64,000 bases of DNA, taken from Planctomycetota bacterium. Its GTDB lineage: Bacteria; Planctomycetota; UBA1135; UBA2386. The stretch covers positions 6,784,001 to 6,848,000 of the forward strand of contig OZ245006.1 in assembly GCA_965223545.1 (NCBI GenBank), in the 5' to 3' direction. The translations under genes were made by a program, and so were the position numbers. Below the pieces are notes generated by a model. The model searched no databases. It saw only the letters and a list, made by a program, of their open reading frames with translations, and was not told the origin of the DNA. Below are positions 9,152 to 19,366 of this stretch, in pieces; position 1 is the stretch's first letter, and every line of letters starts with the position of its first letter.

Positions 9152-11014
9152 TCAGCGGCTGCCGTCGGTCGCGGTGGCCGGCCCCGGCGCCGGTGGGAGG
9201 GCAGCATCCGGCTCTTCGGCTGGCTTGCCGACCGTGTCGATCGGCCGCTGCACACCGGATTCCGCGTCGGGCAGCCGCACGACGAAGACCGATCCGCCGC
9301 CGTCGCGGTCCTCGCACCAGGCCGACCCGCCGTGCATGACGACGATCTCGCGCGCGATGGCGAGGCCCAGGCCGGTGCCTTGCGGCTTGTCGGTGAGCAC
9401 GTCGCCCTCCTGGTGGAACATGGCGAAGACCGCTTCTTTGGACTCGACCCCGTGGATGCCCGGGCCGCGGTCGGCAACGCGCAGCTCGAGGTGCTCGCCG
9501 GCCGTCACCTCGACGTCGATCGCCGCCCCCGGCGGCGAGAACTTCCAGGCGTTCGACAGGAGGTGGCCGATCAGCTGCAACAGCCGCGCGCGGTCGCCGA
9601 ACAGCGGCGCGGCGGTCGCCTCGACGCGCAGGCGGAGGTTCTTCTCGGCGCACGTCGGTCGGATGGCGTCGACGGCCTCGTGCGTGAGGTCGCCGAGGTC
9701 GACCCGCTGCAGCCGCCACTCGCCCTTGCCCGTGCTCAGGGTGACGAAGTCCAGCACGTTCTCGAACAGGCTGGACAGGCGAGCGCACTCGCCGTCGATG
9801 ATCGCCAAGAACTCCGCCAGCTCGGCCGGTGAGGCGTCCTCGCCGTACGAGAGCAAGATCTCGGTGTAGGCGCGGATGCTGGTCATCGGCGTGCGCAGCT
9901 CGTGACCGATCGACGCCAAGAACCGGTCCTTGGCGCGGTTGGCGAGCTCGGCTTGCAGCGCGGTGGTGCGCACTTCGCGCACCAGCTGGCCGATGTGCGT
10001 CGCCATCTCGTTGAATGCTCGCCCGAGCTGGCCGACCTCGTCATCGCCGACGCGGTCCACGGCGACGGTCCAGTCGCCGCGCGAGAACGCCTCGGTCGCG
10101 ACGGTCAACTCTTCCAGCGGAGTGCAAAGGCGGCGCGTCAGGTAGCGACTGAGCAGGGAGCCGAGCAACACCACCAGGACTCCGCCGCCGAGCATCCAAC
10201 GCCAGCCGCTCTGCCGCAGGGCGGCGAGCGCACCCATGTCGGGCACCAGCAGGATGTGGCCGCCAGTGGCGTGCAGCGGCACCGCCAACGCCGGCCGGGG
10301 GCCGCTTGCGCTCGGCAGCTGAATCGTCGGCTGGTTGGGGTCCGCGCTCTGCACTGCGCCGACGATCGCGGTCACCGCGTCGCCGTCGCGGGCCGCGCCG
10401 GACGAGGCGTAGAGTCGTTGTCGCCAGAGCAGCAGCACCTCGCTGGCGGTGACGCCGGCGATCTCGATCGCCGCGTCGTCGTCGAGGGGGGTCGCGGTCG
10501 ACAGCCAGCCGACCACGTCGGCGCCCTGCACGACGGGCACGGTGACGGCGAGGTGCAGAGTGCCGTCGATCTCCCACAAGGCGTCGACGGTCTCGCCGGC
10601 AAGGGCTTGTCGGATGCCGGGCAGACCGAGATCGCGCGCGCGGAAACGAAGGCTGGTCGGGACGCCGGCGATCCGCGCCGAGCCCAGTCCACCGATCAGC
10701 AGAGCCGGCGCTGCGGAGGTCCGTTGGATCGCCGCCAGCATGTCTTGCAGTGCGTCGTCGGCCGCGTGCGCGTCGGCGAGCAGGGCGGGCAGACCGGGGA
10801 ACGAGGCCAGCGCCTGACCGCGCTCGTGCGCCGCGCGCCGGTGGATCGCCATCCACTTGGCAGTGGTGCGCCGCGCGTGCTCGAGCTCGTGCTCTGCCTG
10901 GCGCCCGGCGTAGTCGTCGAGCAGCTGGGAAAGCACGAGCAGCGTGGCGGCAACGAAGCCGACTACCAGGCCCGTCATGCCGACGAGGAGCTTGCTGCCG
11001 AGGGTCAGTCGCAT
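9152..11014 (-). CDS. Membrane sensor histidine kinase (periplasmic sensor, HAMP, HisKA, HATPase)
   Basis: Two TM segments, GDDEVGQLGRAFNEM (HAMP), IGHELRTPMTSI (H-box), LLSNAWKF, VADRGPGI, GTGLGLAI. Confidence 0.93.
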   Translation of the reverse strand: MRLTLGSKLLVGMTGLVVGFVAATLLVLSQLLDDYAGRQAEHELEHARRTTAKWMAIHRRAAHERGQALASFPGLPALLADAHAADDALQDMLAAIQRTSAAPALLIGGLGSARIAGVPTSLRFRARDLGLPGIRQALAGETVDALWEIDGTLHLAVTVPVVQGADVVGWLSTATPLDDDAAIEIAGVTASEVLLLWRQRLYASSGAARDGDAVTAIVGAVQSADPNQPTIQLPSASGPRPALAVPLHATGGHILLVPDMGALAALRQSGWRWMLGGGVLVVLLGSLLSRYLTRRLCTPLEELTVATEAFSRGDWTVAVDRVGDDEVGQLGRAFNEMATHIGQLVREVRTTALQAELANRAKDRFLASIGHELRTPMTSIRAYTEILLSYGEDASPAELAEFLAIIDGECARLSSLFENVLDFVTLSTGKGEWRLQRVDLGDLTHEAVDAIRPTCAEKNLRLRVEATAAPLFGDRARLLQLIGHLLSNAWKFSPPGAAIDVEVTAGEHLELRVADRGPGIHGVESKEAVFAMFHQEGDVLTDKPQGTGLGLAIAREIVVMHGGSAWCEDRDGGGSVFVVRLPDAESGVQRPIDTVGKPAEEPDAALPPAPGPATATDGSR

Positions 11015-11319
11015 GCGCGAGCGGCGGGCGCCCGCGGCCCGCGATCGTACGTGATGTCCTTCCTATCGGGTGTCCGGCGTCGATGAGTGAAATCCACATG
11101 CCCTGAACGGATGCGGGGGCACTCTCCCCAGCGAGGGCAAGACGTGGCGAGTCGCTCGCACGGCCGGTCGCGTCGCAGACCTCGACTCCGAGGCCGGAGC
11201 GCCGGAATTCGCGACAGTGCTCGACTGGTTCGGTCCGCATCGCGCTTCGGGGCCCCAAGTCGCTACGATGGTGGCGCTTCCCAGCGACTTGGACTCCGGT
11301 CCCCAACCCGAGGAGAGCA

Positions 11320-12165
11320 ATGATGCGCTACGCCTTCCCGATGCTCGGCATCGCCGTGATGGCCTGCCTGGCGACCGACGCCCTCGCCCAACGCGTGGTG
11401 ATCGCATTCAACGATCTGTCGGTGAGAACCACCGTGACGACCCAGTACCCGACGGCGACCTTCTCCTCGCCGCCTGGTTTCATCAACATCACCGCGGACG
11501 ACCACAATCTGGGCACCTCGCGGCCCAACTACCTCTGTACGGCCAACAGCCAGGGTGCTCTCAACTGCACTGCCGACACGTACGTCGACTTCGCCACGCC
11601 GGTGAACGACCTGAGTCTCTACGCTGCCGGTGACAACGCCGCCGGTCGGGCGGCCACCGTGCGCGTCTTCCGAGACGGGATTCTGGCCGCGAATCTGCCG
11701 ATTCTCGTCGACGGGACGATGGCAACCCCAGATCTGGTCAACCTGACGGGTTTCGGCAACGTGACCCGGATCGAGCTCACCGGCATCGTCGATCCCGGCG
11801 GCTTGGCCTGGGACGACTTCTCGTTCGTGCCCGGCCCGCCAAGCCTCGCTGCGCGCGAGAGAATCGAGCCGGTTCATTCGCTGACCATCGATCTGCACAA
11901 TGCCCCCGCGTCGAGTCCGGTCTTGCTGCTGGCGGGCAGCGAACGCGGCATGACCCGCGGCGTCGGACAGCTCGGCACGATTCGCCTCGGGGTGACCCCG
12001 ACGCTCCTTCTGCCGCTGGGCACCACGGATCAGCGGGGTCGGCTGACGATCGCCGCGGGGACGTTGCTTCCCGGCGCCACGGCACTGCAGGCGATCGTGG
12101 TGGACCGCAGCCGTGACCGTTTGTGGGCGACACCGGCGGTTCGAGCCACAAGGAGTGATGGGTGA
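11320..12165 (+). CDS. Secreted hypothetical protein
   Basis: RBS GAGGAG upstream, signal peptide ending ALA-Q, beta-rich mature domain, degenerate copy of the shared C-terminal domain. Confidence 0.7.
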   Translation: MMRYAFPMLGIAVMACLATDALAQRVVIAFNDLSVRTTVTTQYPTATFSSPPGFINITADDHNLGTSRPNYLCTANSQGALNCTADTYVDFATPVNDLSLYAAGDNAAGRAATVRVFRDGILAANLPILVDGTMATPDLVNLTGFGNVTRIELTGIVDPGGLAWDDFSFVPGPPSLAARERIEPVHSLTIDLHNAPASSPVLLLAGSERGMTRGVGQLGTIRLGVTPTLLLPLGTTDQRGRLTIAAGTLLPGATALQAIVVDRSRDRLWATPAVRATRSDG

Positions 12166-12401
12166 GCCAGCGTTCTTGAGGTGCCCAGCCGAGCGCGTTC
12201 CGTTCAGACTTTCCTGGTGTGGTTCGCGTGCGACGCGCCGGGTGCGGGAGGATTGCCCGGTCGCTGTGTTGGTTGCCCCGGAGCGTTGGGCCGATGAAGG
12301 CACAGCGGGCGAGGGCGTTGCCCCTTGTTAGAATCGCCGCCGGTCCGAAGCCCGAATCCGCCCCGACCTTTCCGCCGCAGAAACGCAGAGGACTGAACTC
12401 G

Positions 12402-13544
12402 ATGTTTGGATTGACGACTGGATTACTCGTGCTCGGTGCGGTCACCGCAGCGCCCTCCGACGACGAGGTGCGGTTGGCCGACGGCCGTGTACTCGTCGGT
12501 ACCGTGCAGCGCGACGGCGACACGGTTTCGATCGAGACCGTCGAAGGTACGGTCCGCGTCGCCGAGGGCGAGGTGGTGCGCGTGCGCACCAGTGCCGAGC
12601 TCGAAGCGGAGCTCGAGCGTCTGGCCGCGGCGAGCCCCGCCGGTGCGCACACCGACCTCGAGCTCGCGCGCATGGCGCGCGGCTGGGGCTTGCTGCCGCA
12701 GATGTGGCGGCGGTTGGATCGCTGTGTCGAGGACGCCGATGCGAGTGCCGGCGTGCAGCGCCGGCTGAACGACTTCCTCGCAACTCTCGAGCCGGAGTTG
12801 CTCCCGCTCGAGGTGCGTCAAGCGGGCATGCCGGCCCGCGCGCGCGCGCTGGTGCGTCAGGTGCGCGACGCGGCCGGTCCGGCGCGCGCCGCGGCGGTGG
12901 TCGGCGTGCTGGCGACGATCGGCGACGCCGAGCGCGTGCTCTTGGACTCGGCGCGGCGCGCGGCGTTGCCGGAGCAGCGCTGGGCGGCGATGCGCGCGCT
13001 GGCGCAGCGCGGCGAGCACCACCGGGGCTTTGTCCGCATGCGGGCGATCCTCGATCGCGACCGGGAGCTGCGGCGCGAGATCGCGCGCAGCGAGGTGAGC
13101 GCCGGCGACCCGGTGGCGACGCTGCAGCAGTGGACGCCGGGGCTCTTGCACGACGATCCGGCGATTCGCATCCGCACCGCCAACGCGATGGCCGAGCTGG
13201 GTGCCGAGCAGGCGGTCGAAGTGCTGGCCGCTGCTGGCCCGATCGCCGGCACGCCGCGCGCCGCTGCGGGCGGCATTGCCAAGCGAGCCCACATGTTCCA
13301 GACCACGACGCGCTCGATCGTGCGCGACTTCGACGTCGAGATCGCGCAGGCGGCGGCGGTCGCCAACCCGGTGATCGGCACCGCGACCTCCGGCGTCTCG
13401 TTCGATGTCGCCGTGCCGGCGGTGGTCACCAAACGGGTGGCGATCGAGAAGGCCTACCGGCGGGCGTTGCACAAGCTCACCGGCGAGGATCCCGGGCCGC
13501 GGACCGACCAGTGGGCGGGCTGGAGCGCCGCCCGCGGCCGCTGA
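12402..13544 (+). CDS. Secreted HEAT-repeat protein with secretin-like C-terminal segment
   Basis: Signal-like N-terminus, DEVRLADGRVLVG motif, HEAT repeats (LLHDDPAIRIRTANAMAELG), segment IVRDFDVEIAQAAAVANPVIG. Confidence 0.65.
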   Translation: MFGLTTGLLVLGAVTAAPSDDEVRLADGRVLVGTVQRDGDTVSIETVEGTVRVAEGEVVRVRTSAELEAELERLAAASPAGAHTDLELARMARGWGLLPQMWRRLDRCVEDADASAGVQRRLNDFLATLEPELLPLEVRQAGMPARARALVRQVRDAAGPARAAAVVGVLATIGDAERVLLDSARRAALPEQRWAAMRALAQRGEHHRGFVRMRAILDRDRELRREIARSEVSAGDPVATLQQWTPGLLHDDPAIRIRTANAMAELGAEQAVEVLAAAGPIAGTPRAAAGGIAKRAHMFQTTTRSIVRDFDVEIAQAAAVANPVIGTATSGVSFDVAVPAVVTKRVAIEKAYRRALHKLTGEDPGPRTDQWAGWSAARGR

Positions 13545-13549
13545 CCTGA

Positions 13550-13752
13550 GGCTCCGCGCGGCCACGGTCGCAACCAACTCGGATGCCGCTTTTCCCGGAG
13601 CGGCTTGGAAGGTCCGACCCATCCGCCGCCGCGCTGAGCCCGGAGGCACTGTCTCTCCGAGCCTCCGGCGCGGCGGCGACGTTGCCATGTCGGCGACGTC
13701 GCCTCGAGAATGTTGTCGAAGCTCGAAGATTCGAAGCGCCGGAGGCTCAGCG
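13550..13752. repeat. Structured intergenic repeat, copy 1 (module A + module B)
   Basis: Aligns over ~200 bp with 63323-63527. A is bounded by GGCTC(C)GCGCGGC/GCCGCGCTGAGCC and B by GAGCCTCCGGCGC/GCGCCGGAGGCTC. Lies between convergent genes. Confidence 0.92.
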
Positions 13753-14757
13753 CCGACGTGGCGCCGGCACCGGTGTGGCCTCGACGTAGCGCGCGAAGCG
13801 GCGCGGCCCCAGCAGCCGCGCGGCCGCGGTCCTCTCGATCAGCTTCGCTACAGTCGTCGCGATCTCCTCGCCGGCGCCGAGGTCGAGGGTGCCGCGCAGC
13901 GCGCGCGGTGTTACCTCGACGTTCAGCTCTTCCAAGAGTGGGGCGAGGAGTGCTGCGGTCGGAAGTGCGCTGGCGTGCCGCAACGCTTCGCGCAGCTGGG
14001 TCGCAAAGTGCGCGCTGCCGCCGTTGCCGCGGGAGAACTCGACGCGCAGCACGAGGGCGAGCCGGCCGTCATCGTGCTGCAGGCGCAGGCCGATCGCCTC
14101 GATCGGGTCTTGCTCGAGAAACCAGTCGGTCGGCAGCCCGCTGAGCTGGTTCCATTCAGCCTGCGGGAGTCGCCCGCGCACTGCGGCGAGATAGGCGAGC
14201 GCGCCCCGCTCGATGGTGAACGGCATCAGCTCCGGTTGCGGCACGCCGCCTGTGCGGCTGCCGGTGGCCGCCGCTTCGACCGAGGGCGTCGAGCCGACGA
14301 TCACCAGCCCGGGGCGCGGGCTGTACCACGCGGTGCCGCCAAAGCCGCGCTCGCGCCACAGGGTCGCCGGGCTGGTCACCGCCGTCGGTGAGGCTTCCAG
14401 TTTCAGTGGATCCGCGAGTCGAAGACCGGGTTCGCCGTCGAAGACGGTGATGCGGGTCACCGAGTGCTCGTTGTCCTCGGTCATGTCCATTGCGCCGGGG
14501 TCGCCGAAGCGCGCGGCGACGCGGATGCGGCGCAGGTCTTCGGTGTCGATGCCGTACTCCCGGTGCAACGTCGAGCGGAATGCTCCGTACGCCAGGTTGC
14601 GTTCGAGGTCGTCGGTCAGGCCGAGCGCCCGCAGCGCGTCCAGATCGACGAACGCCTCGGCGTGATAGTCGAGCGGCAGGAAGTCCCGACCGCTCGGTCT
14701 CGATTGGGCGGAGGCGAGCGCGGCAAGGGCGCAGGCGACGGCGGCGGTCCGTTGCAT
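13747..14757 (-). CDS. Secreted hypothetical protein
   Basis: Signal peptide MQRTAAVACALAALASAQ; coding-like codon usage; its stop codon lies inside the repeat terminus. Confidence 0.7.
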   Translation of the reverse strand: MQRTAAVACALAALASAQSRPSGRDFLPLDYHAEAFVDLDALRALGLTDDLERNLAYGAFRSTLHREYGIDTEDLRRIRVAARFGDPGAMDMTEDNEHSVTRITVFDGEPGLRLADPLKLEASPTAVTSPATLWRERGFGGTAWYSPRPGLVIVGSTPSVEAAATGSRTGGVPQPELMPFTIERGALAYLAAVRGRLPQAEWNQLSGLPTDWFLEQDPIEAIGLRLQHDDGRLALVLRVEFSRGNGGSAHFATQLREALRHASALPTAALLAPLLEELNVEVTPRALRGTLDLGAGEEIATTVAKLIERTAAARLLGPRRFARYVEATPVPAPRRR

Positions 14758-14818
14758 TGGCGATGGTGTCGGTTGGCTGCTGGTGGCGGGCGCGTCGCCG
14801 AGGGTATCCTGGCCGCCG

Positions 14819-15868
14819 ATGATCCCCAACCAGCGGGCGTCTTTGCCTGCCGGTCTCGGCCGCCTGCGCGCGCTGCCTGCCGCCAAGGCCGAGATCGCCC
14901 TGCGCGCCGCGCTGGCCGGCGGCGTGCCGACGGCGCAGCTGCTGCGGGCACGGGGGTTCGAGCTCAGTCCGCAAGAGTGCGCCCAGCTCGGTGCGTGGTC
15001 GCACGCGCCCTTCACCAGTGGGGTGTGCTCGGTCGTCGGCGCTGCCGATGGCACCGAGCGGCTCGTGATCGGCCTCGCCGACGGCGAGACCGTGGAGACC
15101 GTGGTCATGCCCAACGGCGCGGTCTGCGTCTCCAGCCAGGTCGGCTGCGCCGTCGGTTGTCGGTTTTGTGCCAGCGGGCGGCAGGGCCTGCGGCGCAACC
15201 TGCAGGCCGACGAGATCGTCGAGCAGGTCGTGCACGCGCGCCGGCGCCGGCGCATCGACCGCGTCGTGTTCATGGGGATGGGGGAGCCGGGCCACAACCT
15301 GCGGGCGGTGCTCGACGCCGTCGTGCAGCTCCGGGTATTCGGCGGCATCAGCCCGCGCAAGCAGACCTTGTCCACCGTCGGTGGGTCGCGGGTGTTCGCT
15401 GCCCTGCGCGAGGCAGAAGTCAAGCCGTGTCTGGCCTGGTCACTGCACAGCACCGATCCCGCGCTGCGCGCTCGGCTGCTGCCGCGCGCGCCGGCCGAGC
15501 CGCTGGCGGCGCAGGCGCTGGCCGCGGATCGCTACGCCCGGAGCAGCGGCACACCGGTGCAGGTGGAGTGGACCGTGCTGCGCGGGGTCAACGACAGTCC
15601 CGCGGAGATCGACGGCTTGTGCGCGCTGCTCGAAGGGGTCCGCGGCTACGTCAACTTCATCCCCTGGAACCCGGTCGAAGGGTTGGCATTCGAGCGTCCC
15701 GACCGCGACCACGTGGTCGAGATGGTGCGCACGCTGCGCCGCCGCGGTGTGCTGGCGACGGTGCGCGCCTCGGCTGGCGGCGATGCCGACGCGGCGTGCG
15801 GCCAGCTGCGGTTGCGGCACGTGCAACGCGAAGATCAGCGCTGCGCGTCGATGCGGTCACAGACGTAG
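14819..15868 (+). CDS. RlmN/Cfr-family radical SAM RNA methyltransferase (RlmN-like paralog)
   Basis: VETVVM, CVSSQVGCAVGCRFCASG (CxxxCxxC), VFMGMGEP, SLH, NFIPWN, DAACGQL. Confidence 0.88.
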   Translation: MIPNQRASLPAGLGRLRALPAAKAEIALRAALAGGVPTAQLLRARGFELSPQECAQLGAWSHAPFTSGVCSVVGAADGTERLVIGLADGETVETVVMPNGAVCVSSQVGCAVGCRFCASGRQGLRRNLQADEIVEQVVHARRRRRIDRVVFMGMGEPGHNLRAVLDAVVQLRVFGGISPRKQTLSTVGGSRVFAALREAEVKPCLAWSLHSTDPALRARLLPRAPAEPLAAQALAADRYARSSGTPVQVEWTVLRGVNDSPAEIDGLCALLEGVRGYVNFIPWNPVEGLAFERPDRDHVVEMVRTLRRRGVLATVRASAGGDADAACGQLRLRHVQREDQRCASMRSQT

Positions 15869-17031
15869 CGGGCGAACGGCACCGCGCAGGTGAACGCCGG
15901 CGACACCGCGTTGAGCACGTGCATCGAGCGCGCGTCGCCCTCGATGTGGAAGTCCATGACCAGCGTGCGCCGGCGCCGGTCGAGCAGCTGGGCGCGGATG
16001 CCGGGCCGTCCCCAAGTGCGCCACTCGCGCGGGTCGACGCCGTCGAGGAGGGCGCGTGCCTGGCCGACCAGATAGCGGCGGAAGTACTTCTTGATCTCTT
16101 CGACCGCGAGTCGGCGGAACGGGAAGCCGGCGCGGAACATCAGGCCGGTCTCGAGCCCGACGACCTCGGCCATCTCGCGTGCCGAGAAGTTCTCGAAGCC
16201 GCGGTAGTGCTCGCGCCAGAACGCCGGGGTCGCGGTGGGACCGATCTTCATCTTGCCGTCGACGGTGACGGTGAAGTGCACGCCGAGAAAGGGATAGCCC
16301 AGGTCCGGCACCGGATAGACGTTGGTTGCCAGCTGCCCGGGCGGCGCGCTGCAGTACAGGTACAGGCCCTTGAAGGGCAGCATCGCGTGCTGCTGACAGA
16401 AGCCGTAATCGCGCGCGACTCGATCGGCGTAGACGCCGGCGGCGTTGACCAGGAAGCCGGTCGGCACCTCGCCCGCCGTAGTGCGCACCGAATCGCCTCG
16501 GCGGCCGAGGTAGCGCGCGCCGCGCACGATCTCGATGCCGGCCGCGGCGCAGTCGTCAGCGACCGCGCGCATCACGGCCATCGGGTCCACCGAGGCGGTG
16601 GTCGGTGACCACAGCGCGCGCTCGTGGGTGCGGACGCGGGGCTCGATGTCTCTCGCCGCAGCCGCATCGATCGATTCGAGCGCGACTCCGTTCTTGGTTG
16701 CGCGCGACAAGAGCTCGTCGAGGCCGGCCAGCTCGGCCTCGCACGTGGCCACCACGAGCTTGCCGCAGCGCCGGATCGGCAGCTGCTTGGCCTCGCAGTA
16801 CTCGCGCCAGTATGCGTTGCCGTCGCGGCAGAACCGGGCCTTGAGGCTGTCGGCGGTGTAGTAGAACCCGGCGTGCAGCACGCCCGAGTTGCGCCCGCTG
16901 GCGTGGGCCGCGAGCTCGGTCTCCTTCTCCAGCACCACGACGCGCTGGTCGGGGTGCCGCCGGCGCAGCTCGCTGGCGACGGTCAGGCCGACGACGCCGC
17001 CGCCGACGACGGTGAAGTCGGCCGCCTTCAA
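15835..17031 (-). CDS. lhgO: L-2-hydroxyglutarate oxidase-family FAD oxidoreductase
   Basis: VVGGGVVG, HASGRNSGVLHAGFYY..SLKARFC, YPVPD..PFLGVHFT, HVLNAVSPAFT. TTG start overlaps the upstream TGA (TTGA). Confidence 0.85.
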   Translation of the reverse strand: MKAADFTVVGGGVVGLTVASELRRRHPDQRVVVLEKETELAAHASGRNSGVLHAGFYYTADSLKARFCRDGNAYWREYCEAKQLPIRRCGKLVVATCEAELAGLDELLSRATKNGVALESIDAAAARDIEPRVRTHERALWSPTTASVDPMAVMRAVADDCAAAGIEIVRGARYLGRRGDSVRTTAGEVPTGFLVNAAGVYADRVARDYGFCQQHAMLPFKGLYLYCSAPPGQLATNVYPVPDLGYPFLGVHFTVTVDGKMKIGPTATPAFWREHYRGFENFSAREMAEVVGLETGLMFRAGFPFRRLAVEEIKKYFRRYLVGQARALLDGVDPREWRTWGRPGIRAQLLDRRRRTLVMDFHIEGDARSMHVLNAVSPAFTCAVPFARYVCDRIDAQR

Positions 17032-17972
17032 GAGGTGCCGTCCAGATGACGCCGGCGGTAGTAGTCCGCCAGCTCGTCCCAGGCCGCGATTTCGTCGAAC
17101 TCGTATTCGTCGGCGTAGACCACGTCGGTGTTGACGCGCATCATCGGCTCGGGGAAGTCGGTCTGCGTCGCGAGCTCGAGCGCGCAGGTGAGCCCCAGTC
17201 GGGGCCGCATCGCCTCGGCGAAGCGCTGCGCGAACGCCCCCTGGGTCTCGACGTAGCCGCAAGGGCCGAAATGTGCCTCGCCCTGGTCCGGGTCCATGTG
17301 GGCGACGAAGTCGGCGTAGGTGGCGGCCAGCAACCGGACGTGGATGTTGTCGCGCAGGTACGACGGGGTCGCGACGCGCGCCGTTTCGCCCTTGGTCCAC
17401 GTGCGCACCAAGTAGTCGGTGAAGCGTGGCTCCTCGAGTGGACCGAACGGATTGGGAATCACGAACTTGCCCAAGGCCAGGCCCGCCTCGTCGGCGAAGT
17501 GGCGCATCGCCAGGTAGCTCAGGCTCTTGGACAGGCCGTACGGCGAGAAGGCGCGGCGCGGCTCCTCGCCGGCGCCCTCGTCGTTCTCGAACACGCTGCC
17601 GGTGGCAATCACACGGCCGCCGCCGCCGTCGCGGAACGCGGCGAGCACCGCCCGCAGCCGTTGCGTGTTGTTCGCCAGAGCCGCGGCGAAGTCGAAGTCG
17701 GCGGACTTGTAGTCGCGCACGTCGGCGGCGTGGTGGCAGAGCGCGTCGAAGCCACCGTCACCGAGCACCTGCAGCATGCGGTCGCTGCCGAAAGCGCACT
17801 CGTAGACGGGCGAGCACACATCCGCGACCAGGGCGACCCGCTCGGCGCGCACGCCGTCGTAGCTGTCGTCGCCGCGCTGGAACGTGGCCACGACCTCGTG
17901 GTCGTCTTCTGCCAACGCCCGGGCGAACCACGCGCCGGTGAACGAGCTGGCGCCGGTCAGCAGGACCTTCAT
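17028..17972 (-). CDS. NAD-dependent epimerase/dehydratase (extended SDR)
   Basis: MKVLLTGASSFTG Rossmann motif, YGLSK (YxxxK), PNPFGP; ATGA coupling to rfbC. Confidence 0.88.
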   Translation of the reverse strand: MKVLLTGASSFTGAWFARALAEDDHEVVATFQRGDDSYDGVRAERVALVADVCSPVYECAFGSDRMLQVLGDGGFDALCHHAADVRDYKSADFDFAAALANNTQRLRAVLAAFRDGGGGRVIATGSVFENDEGAGEEPRRAFSPYGLSKSLSYLAMRHFADEAGLALGKFVIPNPFGPLEEPRFTDYLVRTWTKGETARVATPSYLRDNIHVRLLAATYADFVAHMDPDQGEAHFGPCGYVETQGAFAQRFAEAMRPRLGLTCALELATQTDFPEPMMRVNTDVVYADEYEFDEIAAWDELADYYRRRHLDGTS

Positions 17973-18523
17973 GCGTTCTCGCCGAGGTGGTGGCCGGCGT
18001 CGAAGTCGGGGTGGGCGCGGTCCTTGTCGGAGACCACGGCCGGCGCCGCCGGCCACTGGATGGCGAAGCGAGGATCGTCGTAGCGCACGCCGCGCTCGCG
18101 GTCGGGGTCGTAGAACGCGGAGACCAGGTAGACGGCCTCGCAGTCGTCCGTCAGCGTCAAGAAGCCGTGCGCGAAGCCCTCGGGCACGTACATCATCCGC
18201 CGGTTGTCGGCGCTGAGCTCGGCGCCGAAGTGTTGGCCGAAGGTCTTCGACTGTGGCCGCAGATCGAGCACGACGTCGTACAGTGCGCCGCGCACGCAGC
18301 GCACCACCTTGACCTCGGCGGCGGGCGCCAGTTGGTAGTGCATGCCGCGCAGGGTCCCCGCAGTGGCGCTGAGCGAGTTGTTCATCTGCACGAAGTGGGT
18401 GACCAGACCGTGCTCGCCGAACTCGCGCTCGCAGAACATGCGGGCGAAGAAGCCGCGGTCGTCGCCGCGCTTCTCGACGTCGATGGTGTAGGCGCCGGCC
18501 AGCGGCGTGGAGTTGAAGATCAT
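17969..18523 (-). CDS. rfbC: dTDP-4-dehydrorhamnose 3,5-epimerase family
   Basis: DDRGFF, GTLRGMHYQ, KVVRCVRGALYDVVLDLR, YVPEGFAHGF. Confidence 0.93.
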   Translation of the reverse strand: MIFNSTPLAGAYTIDVEKRGDDRGFFARMFCEREFGEHGLVTHFVQMNNSLSATAGTLRGMHYQLAPAAEVKVVRCVRGALYDVVLDLRPQSKTFGQHFGAELSADNRRMMYVPEGFAHGFLTLTDDCEAVYLVSAFYDPDRERGVRYDDPRFAIQWPAAPAVVSDKDRAHPDFDAGHHLGENA

Positions 18524-18528
18524 GTTGG

Positions 18529-19320
18529 TCAGGCGCGCCAAGGCGCGTTGCCGGTGGCCCAAATGCCGTTGAGCTGATCCATGTCGCGCTGGGTGTCCAT
18601 GCACGCCCAGAACGCGGTGTGCCGGTAGACGTGCAGTCCGTTGTCGCGGGTCAGCTGAACCAGTGGCTCGCGCTCGAGCACGCAGCCGTCGTCGGGGGAC
18701 AGGTAGCGGCGGAAGTCGCGGCGGAAGAACATGAAGCCGCCGTTGATCCAGCGGTCTTCGAACTCGGGCTTCTCCGCGAACTCCGCCACTCGATCACCGT
18801 CCAGCCGAAACTCGCCGAAGCGAGACGGCGGGTGGATGCCGAGCACCGTGCCGGTTCCGCCGTGGCCGACGTGGAACGCGAACTCCGCGCCGATGTCGGC
18901 ATCGGTCAGGCCGTCGCCATAGCTCACGGCGAAGTGCTCGGCGTCACCGAGGTAGCGGTCCAGCGCGCGCGCGATGCGCGCGCCAGTCATCGTGTCGACC
19001 CCAGTATCGGACACCGTGACGCGCCAGTCGTCCTGGTGGTCGACCGAGTGGACGGTGACTTCGTCGCTCTGCAAGTCGATGGTGAAGTCGCTGTTCATCG
19101 ACGAGTAGTTGAGGAAGTACGACTTGATCACCTCGCTGCGGAAGCCGGCGCAGAGCACGAAGCGGTTGAAGCCGAACTTGCTGTACCAGCGCATGATGTG
19201 CCATAGGATCGGCTTGTCGCCGACGTGCACCATGGGTTTGGGACGGAGTTCGGTCTCTTCTTTGAGGCGCGTGCCGAGGCCGCCGCAGAGGATGAAGACG
19301 GGGACCTGGCTGGGTTGCAT
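18529..19320 (-). CDS. rfbF: Glucose-1-phosphate cytidylyltransferase
   Basis: ILCGGLGTRLKEETELRPKPMV, ILWHIM, TGVDTMTGARI, YGDG, WINGGF, FWACMDT. Confidence 0.92.
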   Translation of the reverse strand: MQPSQVPVFILCGGLGTRLKEETELRPKPMVHVGDKPILWHIMRWYSKFGFNRFVLCAGFRSEVIKSYFLNYSSMNSDFTIDLQSDEVTVHSVDHQDDWRVTVSDTGVDTMTGARIARALDRYLGDAEHFAVSYGDGLTDADIGAEFAFHVGHGGTGTVLGIHPPSRFGEFRLDGDRVAEFAEKPEFEDRWINGGFMFFRRDFRRYLSPDDGCVLEREPLVQLTRDNGLHVYRHTAFWACMDTQRDMDQLNGIWATGNAPWRA

Positions 19321-19366
19321 GGCGTCTTGTCGAGGGGGCATCGGAAACGCGCGGAACGCGGAGCGG

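Noticed and set aside
13550..13752. Intergenic repeats as tRNA genes or small-protein genes
   Set aside because: No T-loop/D-loop consensus or CCA end; the ORFs crossing the copies differ in start, length and strand.
14819..15868. Calling the radical SAM methyltransferase cfr or canonical rlmN
   Set aside because: Family motifs are clear but the N-terminus is atypical; substrate and orthology cannot be assigned without phylogeny.
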